Shown here: one piece after another, positions 10,959-21,234 of the stretch
How positions within the stretch are numbered: position 1 is the stretch's first letter
Layout: every line of letters begins with the position of its first letter
Origin: a bacterium
Lineage (GTDB): Bacteria; UBA8248
DNA length: 64,000 nucleotides
Reading direction: 5' to 3'
Assembly (NCBI GenBank): GCA_965213685.1
Contig: CBDBZY010000031.1
Coordinates: 128,001-192,000, forward strand
Notes under the pieces: model-generated
Told to the model about the DNA's origin: nothing
The model's database searches: none
What the model saw: the letters and a program-made list of their open reading frames with translations, nothing else
Translations under genes and position numbers: made by a program

Positions 10959-11028
10959 CCCCTCTCTCTCTGTTTTCCCCATTCTACCCGAACGCCAACG
11001 AGGCGACATTCGCGGAGGAGCCGATTTC

Positions 11029-11502
11029 ATGGAACGCGCCTTCACCCGAAAAGCCATCCTCACCGCTTGTCTGCTGCTGCTCGCAACGCCCGCTTTCGCC
11101 CATAAGGTCGCGCGCGGCACCGCCCCCCAGGCCCAGGCCATGGTGGCCCGCGCCATCGCCCTGTTCGATCAGGCGGGCGCGAAAGCGGCGCTGGATCGCT
11201 TCACCAACAAGCCAGGGGTCGAATTCAACCAGGCCGACCTCTACATTTTCGTGCTTCGGGAGAAGGACGGCGCCATCGTCGCCCACGCCGCAGACCGCTC
11301 GCTCATCGGCCGGGACGTCAGAAAAATCAAAGACGCCAGGGGCCGGGACATCGGCCGCTCCCTTCTGGACCGCGCCACTCCCGAGGGCGCATGGGCCGAC
11401 TACTGGTGGAAAGACCCCATCTCGGGCAAGGCGCTCGCCAAGTCTTCCTGGGTCGTCCGCCACAAGGGACACGTCTTCGGCTGCGGCATCTACAAGCCCT
11501 GA
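11029..11502 (+). CDS. Secreted stand-alone single Cache domain protein
   Basis: Signal peptide ending PAFA; DLYIFV, AH...LIG, KDARG, WADYWWKDP and GCGIY Cache motifs; no TM or signalling domain follows. Confidence 0.8.
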   Translation: MERAFTRKAILTACLLLLATPAFAHKVARGTAPQAQAMVARAIALFDQAGAKAALDRFTNKPGVEFNQADLYIFVLREKDGAIVAHAADRSLIGRDVRKIKDARGRDIGRSLLDRATPEGAWADYWWKDPISGKALAKSSWVVRHKGHVFGCGIYKP

Positions 11503-11551
11503 AGGTATGATAGGATGACCGCCAGCCGAAACCATCCAGGGAGGGGCGCGT

Positions 11552-12367
11552 ATGCACGCCTCCGCCACCGCCCGGCAAGACGCCAGACTTCATGACCGCC
11601 TGCGGCTCGCCTCGTTTCCGGTGGCGGTGAAGTTCCTGGAATCCTGGGAGGATTTGCCGCCCCGGACGAAGCGCCCCCTTGCGGACATGGGCAACCGGTT
11701 CACCACCTGCCAGGCGGTCGCCATGGCGCGGCACCACGGCCGGGTGCTGGCGCTCGGGCGCGAGGACAGCAGCTGCGTGCTCGGAGCGATGGCCCTGGGC
11801 ATCGAGAAGCGCCTGCCCCACTACACCGAGGGCAACCTGTGCATCGACCTCTACACGGAGAACCTCGAGGCGGGCCGCCTGAGCGAGGCGAGCGTGCCGA
11901 GGCTGCCCGAGGGAAAATACGCGGGCGTCCTCGTCGCGCCGCTGGGCCGGGCCGCCTTCACGCCCGACTCCGTCATCATCTACGGCAACGGCGCGCAAAT
12001 CATGCGCCTGGGCCAGGCTTGGCTCTGGAAGCGCGGCGGCACGCTCACCAGCGCGTTCCGGGGCAGAATCGACTGCGCCGACCTCGCCATCGCCCCGCAC
12101 ACGACGGGCGAGCCGCAGATGGTCGTCCCCTGCACGGGGGACAGGATTTTCGGCCAGGTGCAGGATCACGAAGTGGCCTTCTCCTTCCCCTACGCCCTGA
12201 TCGAGGAGATTCTAGAGGGACTCGAAGCCACCCACCGGGCGGGGACGCGCTACCCGGTGACGAACTGGCTCAACTATTCGGGCGGCTTCCCGCCCTCCTA
12301 CGAGCGCTACCGGGAGATGCTCGAGGGGGAGGAGGAGGAATCCGCCGAAGGCGAGCAGGCCGTATAG
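11552..12367 (+). CDS. DUF169 family protein
   Basis: PVAVKF, CQAVAMAR, PDSVIIYGN..QIMRL, DCAD, PCTGDR and EVAFSFP pattern. Confidence 0.8.
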   Translation: MHASATARQDARLHDRLRLASFPVAVKFLESWEDLPPRTKRPLADMGNRFTTCQAVAMARHHGRVLALGREDSSCVLGAMALGIEKRLPHYTEGNLCIDLYTENLEAGRLSEASVPRLPEGKYAGVLVAPLGRAAFTPDSVIIYGNGAQIMRLGQAWLWKRGGTLTSAFRGRIDCADLAIAPHTTGEPQMVVPCTGDRIFGQVQDHEVAFSFPYALIEEILEGLEATHRAGTRYPVTNWLNYSGGFPPSYERYREMLEGEEEESAEGEQAV

Positions 12368-12407
12368 CGGCGCACCCTCGGGGGAGGCTCGAACAGGAGG
12401 GGGGAGA

Positions 12408-13310
12408 ATGGTGTCTCGTTTCAGGCTTTCGGCGGCGCTTCCGGTGGGAATCGCCCTCTGCCTCTCGGCGTGGACGCCAGCAGTCCCCGCGCGGGCGGAA
12501 CCACCCTGCGCGGACTGGAACACGCCCTCATTTTTCAAGCGCGCCGACGCGGCGGACGTCTCGCGTTGCCTGAAAGCGGGGGCCAGGATCAACGCGCGGA
12601 ACAAGCGCGGATGGACACCCCTGCACGCAGCGGCGGCAAAAAGCGAAACCCCGGCAATCATCACAGCCCTCCTGCAGGCGGGAGCCAGGATCAACGCGCG
12701 GAACAAGATCGGATGGACGCCCCTGCACGCAGCGGCGGCAGGCAGCAAAACCCCGGCAATCCTCTCAACACTCATCAAAGCCGGAGCCAGGATCAACGCC
12801 CGGAACAAGTTCGGATGGACGCCCCTGCACATGGCGGCGAGATACAGCGAAACCCCAGCAATCCTTACAACACTCATCAAGGCCGGAGCGGAAGTCAACG
12901 CGCGAGACAAGGGCGGAGTGATGCCCCTGCACGTGGCGGCGGAAAAAAGCAAAACCCCGGCAATCATCTCAACACTCATCAAGGCCGGAGCGGAGGTCAA
13001 CGCGCGGAACAAGGGCGGAGTGATGCCCCTGCACGTGGCGGCGGAAAAAAGCAAAACCCCGGCAATCATCTCAACACTCATCAAGGCCGGAGCGGAAATC
13101 AACGCGCGGGACAAGGGCGGATGGACGCCCCTGCACCGGGCGGCGGCAAAAAGCAAAACGCCGGCGGTCGTGGAGGCCTTGCTGGACGCCGGGGCGGACC
13201 CTGCGGCGCGAAACAGAGCGGGCAAAACGCCGTGGGACTTGGCGAAAAACAACGCCGCACTCAAGGGGACGGATGTATATTGGCGGCTGAACGATGGGCG
13301 GTTCAAGTAG
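12408..13310 (+). CDS. Secreted ankyrin-repeat protein (6 TPLH-type repeats plus caps)
   Basis: Signal peptide; 34-aa repeats GA.INAR.K.G.(T/M)PLH.AA; C-terminal GKTPWDLA. Confidence 0.93.
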   Translation: MVSRFRLSAALPVGIALCLSAWTPAVPARAEPPCADWNTPSFFKRADAADVSRCLKAGARINARNKRGWTPLHAAAAKSETPAIITALLQAGARINARNKIGWTPLHAAAAGSKTPAILSTLIKAGARINARNKFGWTPLHMAARYSETPAILTTLIKAGAEVNARDKGGVMPLHVAAEKSKTPAIISTLIKAGAEVNARNKGGVMPLHVAAEKSKTPAIISTLIKAGAEINARDKGGWTPLHRAAAKSKTPAVVEALLDAGADPAARNRAGKTPWDLAKNNAALKGTDVYWRLNDGRFK

Positions 13311-14740
13311 AAGCGGAGGGGGGAAGCCCACCCGAAAATCCTCCGGCGAACGATAGCAGGGACGCGCACCCGCCTGTGTGCCCGGCTTCTCCCGGAGCCG
13401 GTCGAGCATCCCGTGCGCGTACGGGGGAGGCGGTCATCTTCCGATGCGGGCGAGTTTCTGCCTGCGGGCAATTTTTGGTATAGGAAGATTGGTTGACGCT
13501 ATACCTGATGCGGGCGAGGTCCGACCGTTTTGCGAGCGGTTTTCGGGTGCGAAGAAGGAGGGGGAGGAATGAGGCGGTGCCTGAAATTGTTCATCGCGGG
13601 GCTTTGTCTTTCTCTCTCTGTCTTGGTGGACACAGTCCCCGCACAGGCGGCGGCAAACAGCAAAACTCCGGCAATCCTCACAACACTCCTCAAGGCCGGA
13701 GCGGAGGTCAACGCACGAGACAAGTATGGACATACGCCCCTGCGCGAGGCGGCGGCACTCAGCGAAACCCCGGCAATCATCATAACCCTCCTCAAGGCCG
13801 GAGCGAAGGTCAACGCGCGAGACAAGGACGGAGGGACACCCCTGCACGCAGCGGCGGCCAGAGAAACCCAGGTAATCCTCACAACACTCCTCAAGGCCGG
13901 AGCGGAAGTCAACGCGCGGGACAAGGACGGATGGACGCCCCTCCACCGGGCGGCGAGGGCGGCGGCATTCAGCAAAACCCCGGCAACCCTCACAACACTC
14001 CTCAAGGCGGGAGCAGAAGTCAATGCGCGAGACAAGGACGGACGAACGCCCCTCCACTGGGCGGCGGGAGACAGCGAAATCCGGGCAATCCTCACAATAC
14101 TCCTGAAGGCGGGAGCGGAGGTCAACGCGCGGGACAAGGACGGATGGACGCCCCTGCACGCAGCGGCGGCATTCAGCGAAACCCCGGCAATCCTCACCAC
14201 CCTCCTCAAGGGAGGAGCGGAGATCAACGCGCAGGACAAGGACGGACGAACGCCCCTCCACTGGGCGGCGGGAGACAGCGAAATCCGGGCAATCCTCACA
14301 ATACTCCTGAAGGCGGGAGCGGAGGTCAACGCGCGGGACAAGGACGGATGGACGCCCCTGCACATGGCGGCGGCGAGATTCAGCAAAACCCCGGCAATCC
14401 TCTCAACACTCCTCAAAGCCGGAGCGGAGGTCAACGCGCGGGACAAGCGCGGAGGGACGCTCCTGCACTGGGCGGCGGCATACAGCAAAACCCCGGCAAT
14501 CCTCACCACCCTCCTCAAGGGAGGAGCGGAGATCAACGCGCGGGACAAGGGCGGATGGACGCCCCTGCACTCGGCGGCGATATTCAGCAAAACCCCGGCG
14601 GTCGTGGAGGCCTTGCTGGACGCCGGGGCGAATCCTGCGGCGCGAGACAGAGCGGGCAAAACGCCTTGGGACTTGGCGAAAAACAACGGCGCACTCAAGG
14701 GGACGAAGGTCTATTGGCGGCTGAACGATGGGAGGTTCCA
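12570..14740 (+). repeat. ~102-bp tandem repeat units encoding ankyrin repeats (two arrays)
   Basis: Recurrent aaaccccggcaatc...aaggccggagcggaggtcaacgcgcgggacaagg units; some units are near-exact DNA copies. Confidence 0.9.
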
Positions 14741-14801
14741 GGCGCCAAAAACCCGGGAATACCGGGAAAGGCGCAAAAACAGAAACGTTTTTACCTTTTA
14801 G
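13569..14801 (+). CDS. Secreted ankyrin-repeat protein (9 repeats plus cap), paralog of the upstream gene
   Basis: GGAGG RBS, signal peptide; repeats LKAGAEVNARDKDG.TPLH.AA; C-terminus nearly identical to that of 12408-13310. Confidence 0.93.
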   Translation: MRRCLKLFIAGLCLSLSVLVDTVPAQAAANSKTPAILTTLLKAGAEVNARDKYGHTPLREAAALSETPAIIITLLKAGAKVNARDKDGGTPLHAAAARETQVILTTLLKAGAEVNARDKDGWTPLHRAARAAAFSKTPATLTTLLKAGAEVNARDKDGRTPLHWAAGDSEIRAILTILLKAGAEVNARDKDGWTPLHAAAAFSETPAILTTLLKGGAEINAQDKDGRTPLHWAAGDSEIRAILTILLKAGAEVNARDKDGWTPLHMAAARFSKTPAILSTLLKAGAEVNARDKRGGTLLHWAAAYSKTPAILTTLLKGGAEINARDKGGWTPLHSAAIFSKTPAVVEALLDAGANPAARDRAGKTPWDLAKNNGALKGTKVYWRLNDGRFQAPKTREYRERRKNRNVFTF

Positions 14802-14896
14802 GCGGACGCGCTCCCTCCCCCATCAGCCGCCCATCCGGGGACGGCGCGCGCCCGCGCGACGCAGCGCTTCTTGATTCGCCCAGGGAGACCGACTTT

Positions 14897-15616
14897 ATGC
14901 CCCGGATCATCGACCTCTCCATGCCCGTCCACATGTGGATGGAGCGCTACCCGGGCACCCCGCAGCCCGTCATCCAGATGATAGAGAGCACGTTCGAGTC
15001 TGCAAAGCGCATCGGGACGGACAAGATGGGCTTTCCCGAGTTGTTCGCGCACAGCGTGTGCATCTTCAGCGAGCATTGCGGCACCCACATCGACGCGAGG
15101 AGCCACGGCGGACGAAACGACTCGCGCTCCGAGCACATTCCGCTCGAGAAGTGCTACGGCCCCGGCCTGCGGCTGGACATGCGCCACAAGAAGCCGGGGG
15201 CGCCCATCGGCGTCGATGATTTGAAAGAGGCGCTCGCCAGGGAGGACTACGCCATTCGGGGGGGAGAGATCGTCTTTCTGTGGACGGGAGCGGCCGCCTA
15301 CAACGATGAGCCGCGATACCTGACCGACCATCCCGGCATGGTGGGGGAAAGCGCGGAATGGCTGATCGACCAGGGCGTCCAGGTGATGGGCATCGACGCG
15401 CCGGGGTTCGACCTGCCCATCCGGGAGATGCTCGAGCGAAAAGACCCCTGGCCCTGCCACCGCCTGTTCCAGACGCGCGAATACTGGCACATCGAGAACC
15501 TGTGCCGCCTCGACGCCATTCCCGCCGCCCACGGGTTCACCGCCAGCGTCCTGCCGCTGGCCTGGCGAGGGGCCACCGGAACCCACATTCGCGCCGTCGC
15601 CATCGTGGACGGATAG
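14897..15616 (+). CDS. Cyclase family (kynurenine formamidase-like) metal hydrolase
   Basis: IIDLSMP, EHCGTHIDA (HxGTHxD), GIDAPG.D, HIENL, IRAVA. Confidence 0.9.
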   Translation: MPRIIDLSMPVHMWMERYPGTPQPVIQMIESTFESAKRIGTDKMGFPELFAHSVCIFSEHCGTHIDARSHGGRNDSRSEHIPLEKCYGPGLRLDMRHKKPGAPIGVDDLKEALAREDYAIRGGEIVFLWTGAAAYNDEPRYLTDHPGMVGESAEWLIDQGVQVMGIDAPGFDLPIREMLERKDPWPCHRLFQTREYWHIENLCRLDAIPAAHGFTASVLPLAWRGATGTHIRAVAIVDG

Positions 15617-15623
15617 GCCAGCC

Positions 15624-16660
15624 ATGCGCTTCTCTCTCGGCGGAACGGTAAAGCGGAAAAGTCGCCTCGCCCGCATCCTGCTCGTCCTCGCACTCTCGCC
15701 GCTCCCGGCGTCGCCATTTTTCGCGGCGGGCGCGGCGGAGCCTCCCCCGGGACGCGAGGGGCGCATCCGCGCCTACGCGCGCACCCTCCGCGCGCACCTG
15801 GCGTCCGACCCGTATCCGCTGATCGATCTGGAAGTCTCTCTGGCCCAGTGGCGGAGCGCGGCGCAGCTCGTAGAGGGCATGAACCGCGCGGGGGGTCGCA
15901 CTCGCCGCGATCACCGCCCCCGACGAAGACGCCATCCGGAAGGCGGCGAGGCGCCATCCCCATCGGCTGATCCCCCTCACCGCCTCGGCCGAACCGGAAA
16001 CATGGGCGCGGGGCGAAGGGCGCCATCTCTCCAGCGTCAGGCGGCAGCTCGCCCGGGGCGCGTTCGGAATCGGCCCCATCGCGTGGCGGCCGGCGCCCTC
16101 TCGTTCAGACAGAACAGAAACGGCGCGGGCGCGCAGGGCGCTGCGGGCGCTCATGCGCCTGGCGACGTCCATGCGCGTCCCCCTCTGGATTCGGATGGCG
16201 CCCCACGACGCGGGCCTGGGCCGGCTGGAGCGGCGGCTGAGGTCGGCGCCCGAAGCGCGGGTCATCTGGACGCAGGCGGGCAGGATACCGAACCCGGCCG
16301 CCCTGCCCGGCTATGGGCACGGCCTCTTCCGGGCGTTGAGCCTCCGGCACGCCAACCTGTCTTTCACGCTGACCCAGGACCCACCCCCCGCCACGTACTC
16401 TCCCGCCACGCGGAAAAAAAAACCACCTGTTCGACCCGAGCGGGGCACTCTCCGCCGAATGGCGGGCGCTGCTGGAAGCGCGGGTGCGGCACTTCGTGGT
16501 CGGAAGCGCCCTCTCCCGGGCGACGCCCTCCGCATACGCGAGGCGAACGCGCCTGTTTCGGGAAGGAGTCCTCGGGAAAATCCGTCCGCCAGCCAGAGAG
16601 CGCATCGCCTACCGGAACGCATGGCGTCTGCTGACGCGGCGGCGCTGGCCGCCCCCCTGA
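15624..16660 (+). CDS. Amidohydrolase-like (TIM barrel) exported protein, two apparent frameshifts (~15892 G-run, ~16418 A-run)
   Basis: Stitched reading gives MNRAGVALA, VIWTQAG, RHANL, FVVGS and RERIAYRNAWRLL, typical amidohydrolase_2 segments; the metal-binding His residues look degenerate. Confidence 0.55.
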
Positions 16661-16800
16661 GCCGCAAAAGGCTCCCGAATCCGTTGCGTCCGGCCGGGGG
16701 CGCGGGGATAATGGGGCCCCCTCCGGCGGCGGGTGCGCCGCGGCGGTTGATTCCGCGGAAACGGGACGGGACGTACGCGCGACGCGCAAGGAGTTTCGCC

Positions 16801-17949
16801 ATGCACAGCATACGGCATCCGAAACGAACGTGGTTTGGCCCCGGAACCGTCTCCAAAATCCGGGACGAGGCGGAGTTCCTGGGCGCCGGCAGCGCGCTTT
16901 TCCTCACCGACGAGGGGGTGCGGGGCGCGGGAGTCGCGGACATGGCACTGGCGCCCCTCCGGGAGGCGGGCGTGGAAATCGAGATATACGACGCGTGCCC
17001 GCCCGAGCCGGCCATCGGCGATCTGGAAGAGGCGTTTGCGCAATGCCGGGGCCGCTCTTTCGACCTGGTGGTCGGGGTCGGGGGCGGCAGTTCGATGGAC
17101 ATGGCGAAATCCATCGGCGCCCTGCTGGGGAACGACGGCGCGCCCAGGGACTACCTGGGGGTCGAACTCGTGCCAAAACCCGGCGTGCCGACCATCCTGG
17201 CGCCCACCACGAGCGGAACCGGCGCGGAGGCGACTCCCAACGCCATCTTCTCGGTGCCGGAGGAGCAGGTGAAGCTGGCCATCGTCAGCACCCACATCAT
17301 CCCGTTCGCCGCCATCGTCGACCCGAACCTCACGCTTTCCGCCCCGCCCCGGGTTACCTCCGCCGCCGGGGTGGACGCCCTGACGCATTGCCTGGAAACC
17401 TACGTGGCCCGAAACGCCACCCCCCTGAGCGAGATGTACAGCCTCGAGGGGATGCGGCGCATCGCCGGTGCCCTGCGGCGCGTATGCGCTGATGGAAGCG
17501 ACATCGAAGCCAGAACCGACATGAGCCTGGGCTCCTACTATGGCGGCGTCGCGCTCGCCGGCGCGGGGGCGGGCGCCATCCACGCCCTGGCGTATCCGCT
17601 CGGCTCCCGGTTCCACATCCCCCACGGGGTCAGCAACTCCTTGATGTTCTCCCACGTCATGCGGGAGAACCACGCGGCGGCGCCCGAGAAATTCGCCCGC
17701 ATCGCCCAAATCCTCGGCGAGCCCACCGAGGGCGTCCCGCAAGACGAGGCGGCCGCACTCTCCGTCGGCGCGGTGGAGAAGCTCTGCCGGGACTGCGGGG
17801 TGCCCACCCGGCTCGGCGAGGTGAACGTCCCCGCGCACGCCATCCCGGAGCTGGCCGAAGCCGCCTTCAGGCTCGAGCGCCTTTTGCGCTGCAACCCCAG
17901 GGAGCTCACCCTGGAGGACATCGAGAGGATATACCGCGCCGCGGCCTGA
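16801..17949 (+). CDS. Iron-containing alcohol dehydrogenase
   Basis: GGGSSMD, PTTSGTGAE, GVDALTHCLE, HALAYPL, PHG. Confidence 0.92.
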   Translation: MHSIRHPKRTWFGPGTVSKIRDEAEFLGAGSALFLTDEGVRGAGVADMALAPLREAGVEIEIYDACPPEPAIGDLEEAFAQCRGRSFDLVVGVGGGSSMDMAKSIGALLGNDGAPRDYLGVELVPKPGVPTILAPTTSGTGAEATPNAIFSVPEEQVKLAIVSTHIIPFAAIVDPNLTLSAPPRVTSAAGVDALTHCLETYVARNATPLSEMYSLEGMRRIAGALRRVCADGSDIEARTDMSLGSYYGGVALAGAGAGAIHALAYPLGSRFHIPHGVSNSLMFSHVMRENHAAAPEKFARIAQILGEPTEGVPQDEAAALSVGAVEKLCRDCGVPTRLGEVNVPAHAIPELAEAAFRLERLLRCNPRELTLEDIERIYRAAA

Positions 17950-17950
17950 C

Positions 17951-18736
17951 ATGCGCATCCAGCCGACTCCCGCGCACGCGCTGCGCCCGATGATGGGGAT
18001 CTCTCCCGGCGACATGGTCTGCGTCATGGGGGCGGGAGGCAAGGCCACGCTGATGAAGCGGCTCGTCCGCGAGATGCTGGACGCGCCATTTCCCGTCATC
18101 ATCACCAGCACGACGAACCTCCACGCCCTCGGCGACGAGGACGCCCCCGCCGTCCTTCTGAGCGAGGAGGGTCGGGCCGGGCTGCAATCCGTCGCCCGGA
18201 GCTGGTCTGAACGCGGCGCCGTCGTCTGGGTGGAGAAAAAATTGCCCCACAACATGTTTCGCGGCCTCGAGGCGAGTGCGGTGGAGGCGTTGTTCGCCTC
18301 GGGTTTTCATGGCGTGATGATAGTGAAAACGGACGGGGCGCGAAAACGACTCATCAAGGCACCGGGACCGCACGAGCCGGTCATCCCCCGGGGAGCGACG
18401 CATTGCGTCGTCGTGCTCGGGCTGGGTGCGGTGGGACGAAAGGCGGACGAGGAAATTGTCCACCGCATGGAGAAGGTGCGCGCCATGACGGGTTTGCGGG
18501 CCGGCGACGTCATCGAGCCGCGCCACCTGGCGAGGCTGGCGGGTCATCCGGACAGCTATCCGAGCCGGTTTCCCCCGAACGCGAAGAGGGTGCTGTATCT
18601 GAGCCATTGCGCCTCCCCCGAAGCCCTCCGGGACGCGCGAGCGATATTCGCGGCCGTGCCGGAGGGGGCCTACGACGCGCTCATCGCCGGGGATTCCGTG
18701 GCGGGAAATTTCTATCCTGGGAGAATCCGCACATGA
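17951..18736 (+). CDS. yqeC: YqeC-like selenium-dependent molybdenum hydroxylase accessory protein
   Basis: GAGGK, ITSTT, DGARKRLIKAP..HEPVIP and VHR motifs of YqeC. Confidence 0.8.
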   Translation: MRIQPTPAHALRPMMGISPGDMVCVMGAGGKATLMKRLVREMLDAPFPVIITSTTNLHALGDEDAPAVLLSEEGRAGLQSVARSWSERGAVVWVEKKLPHNMFRGLEASAVEALFASGFHGVMIVKTDGARKRLIKAPGPHEPVIPRGATHCVVVLGLGAVGRKADEEIVHRMEKVRAMTGLRAGDVIEPRHLARLAGHPDSYPSRFPPNAKRVLYLSHCASPEALRDARAIFAAVPEGAYDALIAGDSVAGNFYPGRIRT

Positions 18737-19915
18737 TCGGCGCGGCGGCCATCAGAACGTATCTCGAAGCCCGAAAAGGGGAGATCATCGACCAAATCGC
18801 CCACGTGGTGAACATCGACTCCCCGACGTTTCCGAGCGGGGGGAACGAACGCCGTCTCCTCTCATTTCGCGGAGAACTATCGCAAGATGGGAGCCGACGT
18901 AGAGATGATTCCGGGGACGCATGAGACGGGAGATCATCTTCTGGCGACGTTTCGCGGCGCCAGAGAAGACGGCGCCCGGATATTCCTGATCGGGCATTGC
19001 GACACCGTTTTTCCGGAGGGAACCGCCGCGCAAAGGCCGTTCGCCATCCGGGAGGGCGTCGCCTATGGCCCCGGGGTGGCCGACATGAAGGGGTGCCTGG
19101 TGGTCTGTCAATTCGTGATGGAGGCGCTGCTGGCCAACGGCTTTCGGGAGTTCGCGGAAATCCAGGTTTTATACGACACCGACGAGGAGCGCGGAAACCC
19201 CTCCTCCCGGAAAGTGATCGAGCGAATCGGGCGAAACGCCGCCGTCGCGCTGATCATCGAATCCGGCCGCGCGGACGGCTCCCTCGTATCATCGAGAAAA
19301 GGGAGCTGCTACGGAAGGCTGCGCGTCGGAGGTGTCTCGGCCCACGCGGGCGTCGACCCCGAAAGGGGCAGAAGCGCCGTCCATGAACTCGCCCACAAAA
19401 TGGTGGCCATCCAGAACCTGGAGCGCGAGGGCGGCACCATCAACATCACCGGCCTCGCCGGCGGGCACAGGCCGCACATCGTGGCGGATGCGGCCTCTTG
19501 CCATGTCGAAATGCGCGCGGACCGGCAGGCGACCCTGGATTCCATGACAAACGAGATGGCGCGGATCGTCGCCGCGCCCCACATTGCGGGAACGCGCCCG
19601 GAGTTTGAAAACATCAGCGAAAGGCCGGTCATGGAGTGCAACCGCGCAACGGAGAAACTCCTCGCCGCCGCAGCCAGAATCGCACCGGAGGCGGGCGTCC
19701 GCTTTCGGCACACCCCCACCGGCGGGGGTTCTGACGGCAATTATCTCTCGCCGCTCGGGGTGGCCGTCCTCGACGGCTTGGGCCCCGTGGGCGGGTGCCT
19801 GCATACGGACGCGGAATACCTGGAGCTCGACTCCATCGCCCCCAGAGGCGCGTTGCTGGGGGGATTGGTGGAGGAATTCTCATCCGGGCGAGGCGCGCGG
19901 CGGAGGGGCGGCTAG
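18733..19915 (+). CDS. M20 metallopeptidase (glutamate carboxypeptidase-like), apparent frameshift in G-run ~18840
   Basis: VNIDSP, GHCDTVF, GPGVADMKG, DEERG, SAHAG, GGGSDGN, H..EY. Confidence 0.88.
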
Positions 19916-21153
19916 TCCTCGCAGGGAACCCCCGCCTCCGTTCGGGGCCTGGGCTCCGCAACCACCCTCTCCTCCAGCAACTCCTCTATTCTCTCATCGC
20001 CCAGCCCGAGAAGACCCGACAATATCTCCCGGGTGTGCTCCCCGTGCAAAGGCGCCGGGCCCTGCACCTTGCCCGGGTGCTCGGAGAATTTGGGGGGAAC
20101 GCCGGTCGCGTTCACCTTGCCCAGAAGCGCATGCTCCGTCTCCACCACCATCTCTCTGTGATGCACCTGCTCATCCTCGAGCGCCTCCCGCACGTCATAG
20201 ACCGGACTGCACGGAATCCCCTTTTCCTCCAGCAACCTCAGCCATTCATCCCCGTTCCGCCTGGCCAGGTATCCCTCCAGTATGGGGATGAGTTCGCCCC
20301 TGTTTTCCGCGCGGCTGGGGATGTCCACAAACCTCGGGTCGCGCGCCAGCCGGGGGGCGCCGATGATGCGGCAAAAATCCCTCCAGAACCGATCGCTCGT
20401 CACGCCGATGATGATTTCCTTGTCCTTCGCCCGGAGCGCCTGGTAGGGGACAATCTGAAAGTGGGCCGAACCCCACCGCCCGCCGACGCTGCCATCCATG
20501 AAATAGCAGCCGCTCAGGTTCGTGAGCAACGACACGCTGCTGTCCAGCAGGGAAAGGTCGATATATTGCCCCCTGCCCGTCTTCTCCCTGGCGAACAGCG
20601 CGCTGGCCACGCCATAGGCCGCCCACATGCCCGCCGTGAGGTCGCTCAGCGGAACGCCGGCCTTGCAGGGCCCGCCGTCCGGCTCTCCCGTCGCGCTCAT
20701 GATGCCGCTCATCGCCTGGCCAACGATGTCAAAGCCCGAGCGCTCCCGATACGGGCCCGTCTGCCCGAAACCGGAAACGGAAACGTACACGAGCCGGGGG
20801 TTCAGGGCGCGGAGCGCCTCGTATCCCACGCCCAGGCGCGCGGCGACGCCCGGCCGAAAATTCTCCACGAAGACGTCCGCCCGCCTCGCGATGGCGCGGG
20901 CGAGCTCCAGCCCCGCGTCTGTCTTGAGATCGACCACGACGCTCTTCTTCCCCCGGTTCACGCTCAGGAAATAGGCGCTCTCCCCCTTCTCGAACGGAGG
21001 CCCCCAGGTGCGGGTCTCGTCTCCGCTTCCGGGGGGCTCCAGCTTGATGACGTCCGCGCCCAGGTCCGAGAGCATCATGGTGCAAAAAGGCCCGGCGAGG
21101 ATGCGGGACAAATCCAGCACGCGAATTCCCCGCAATGGTCCCTGTCCGCTCAT
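19912..21153 (-). CDS. CaiB/BaiF family III CoA-transferase
   Basis: LDLSRILAGP, NRGKKS, ENFRPG, SGFGQTGPY. Confidence 0.92.
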   Translation of the reverse strand: MSGQGPLRGIRVLDLSRILAGPFCTMMLSDLGADVIKLEPPGSGDETRTWGPPFEKGESAYFLSVNRGKKSVVVDLKTDAGLELARAIARRADVFVENFRPGVAARLGVGYEALRALNPRLVYVSVSGFGQTGPYRERSGFDIVGQAMSGIMSATGEPDGGPCKAGVPLSDLTAGMWAAYGVASALFAREKTGRGQYIDLSLLDSSVSLLTNLSGCYFMDGSVGGRWGSAHFQIVPYQALRAKDKEIIIGVTSDRFWRDFCRIIGAPRLARDPRFVDIPSRAENRGELIPILEGYLARRNGDEWLRLLEEKGIPCSPVYDVREALEDEQVHHREMVVETEHALLGKVNATGVPPKFSEHPGKVQGPAPLHGEHTREILSGLLGLGDERIEELLEERVVAEPRPRTEAGVPCED

Positions 21154-21234
21154 GATATGGCCCTTCCCGAAAAAATCGAAAAACGCTCCAGACACGTCGC
21201 CATGCGCAAGGCGGCGCGGCTGCTCCTTCCGGTT

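Noticed and set aside
12570-14740. Regular repeats as a CRISPR array or DGR
   Set aside because: The ~102-bp period is in-frame ankyrin coding sequence; there are no unique spacers, cas genes or reverse transcriptase.
6399-17949. Apparent fusion ORFs (ACAD-MaoC 6399-8123, dehydrogenase-hypothetical 9452-10912, 13493-15616, 16153-17949)
   Set aside because: These come from frameshifts or open alternative frames in high-GC DNA; each downstream gene has its own RBS and start.
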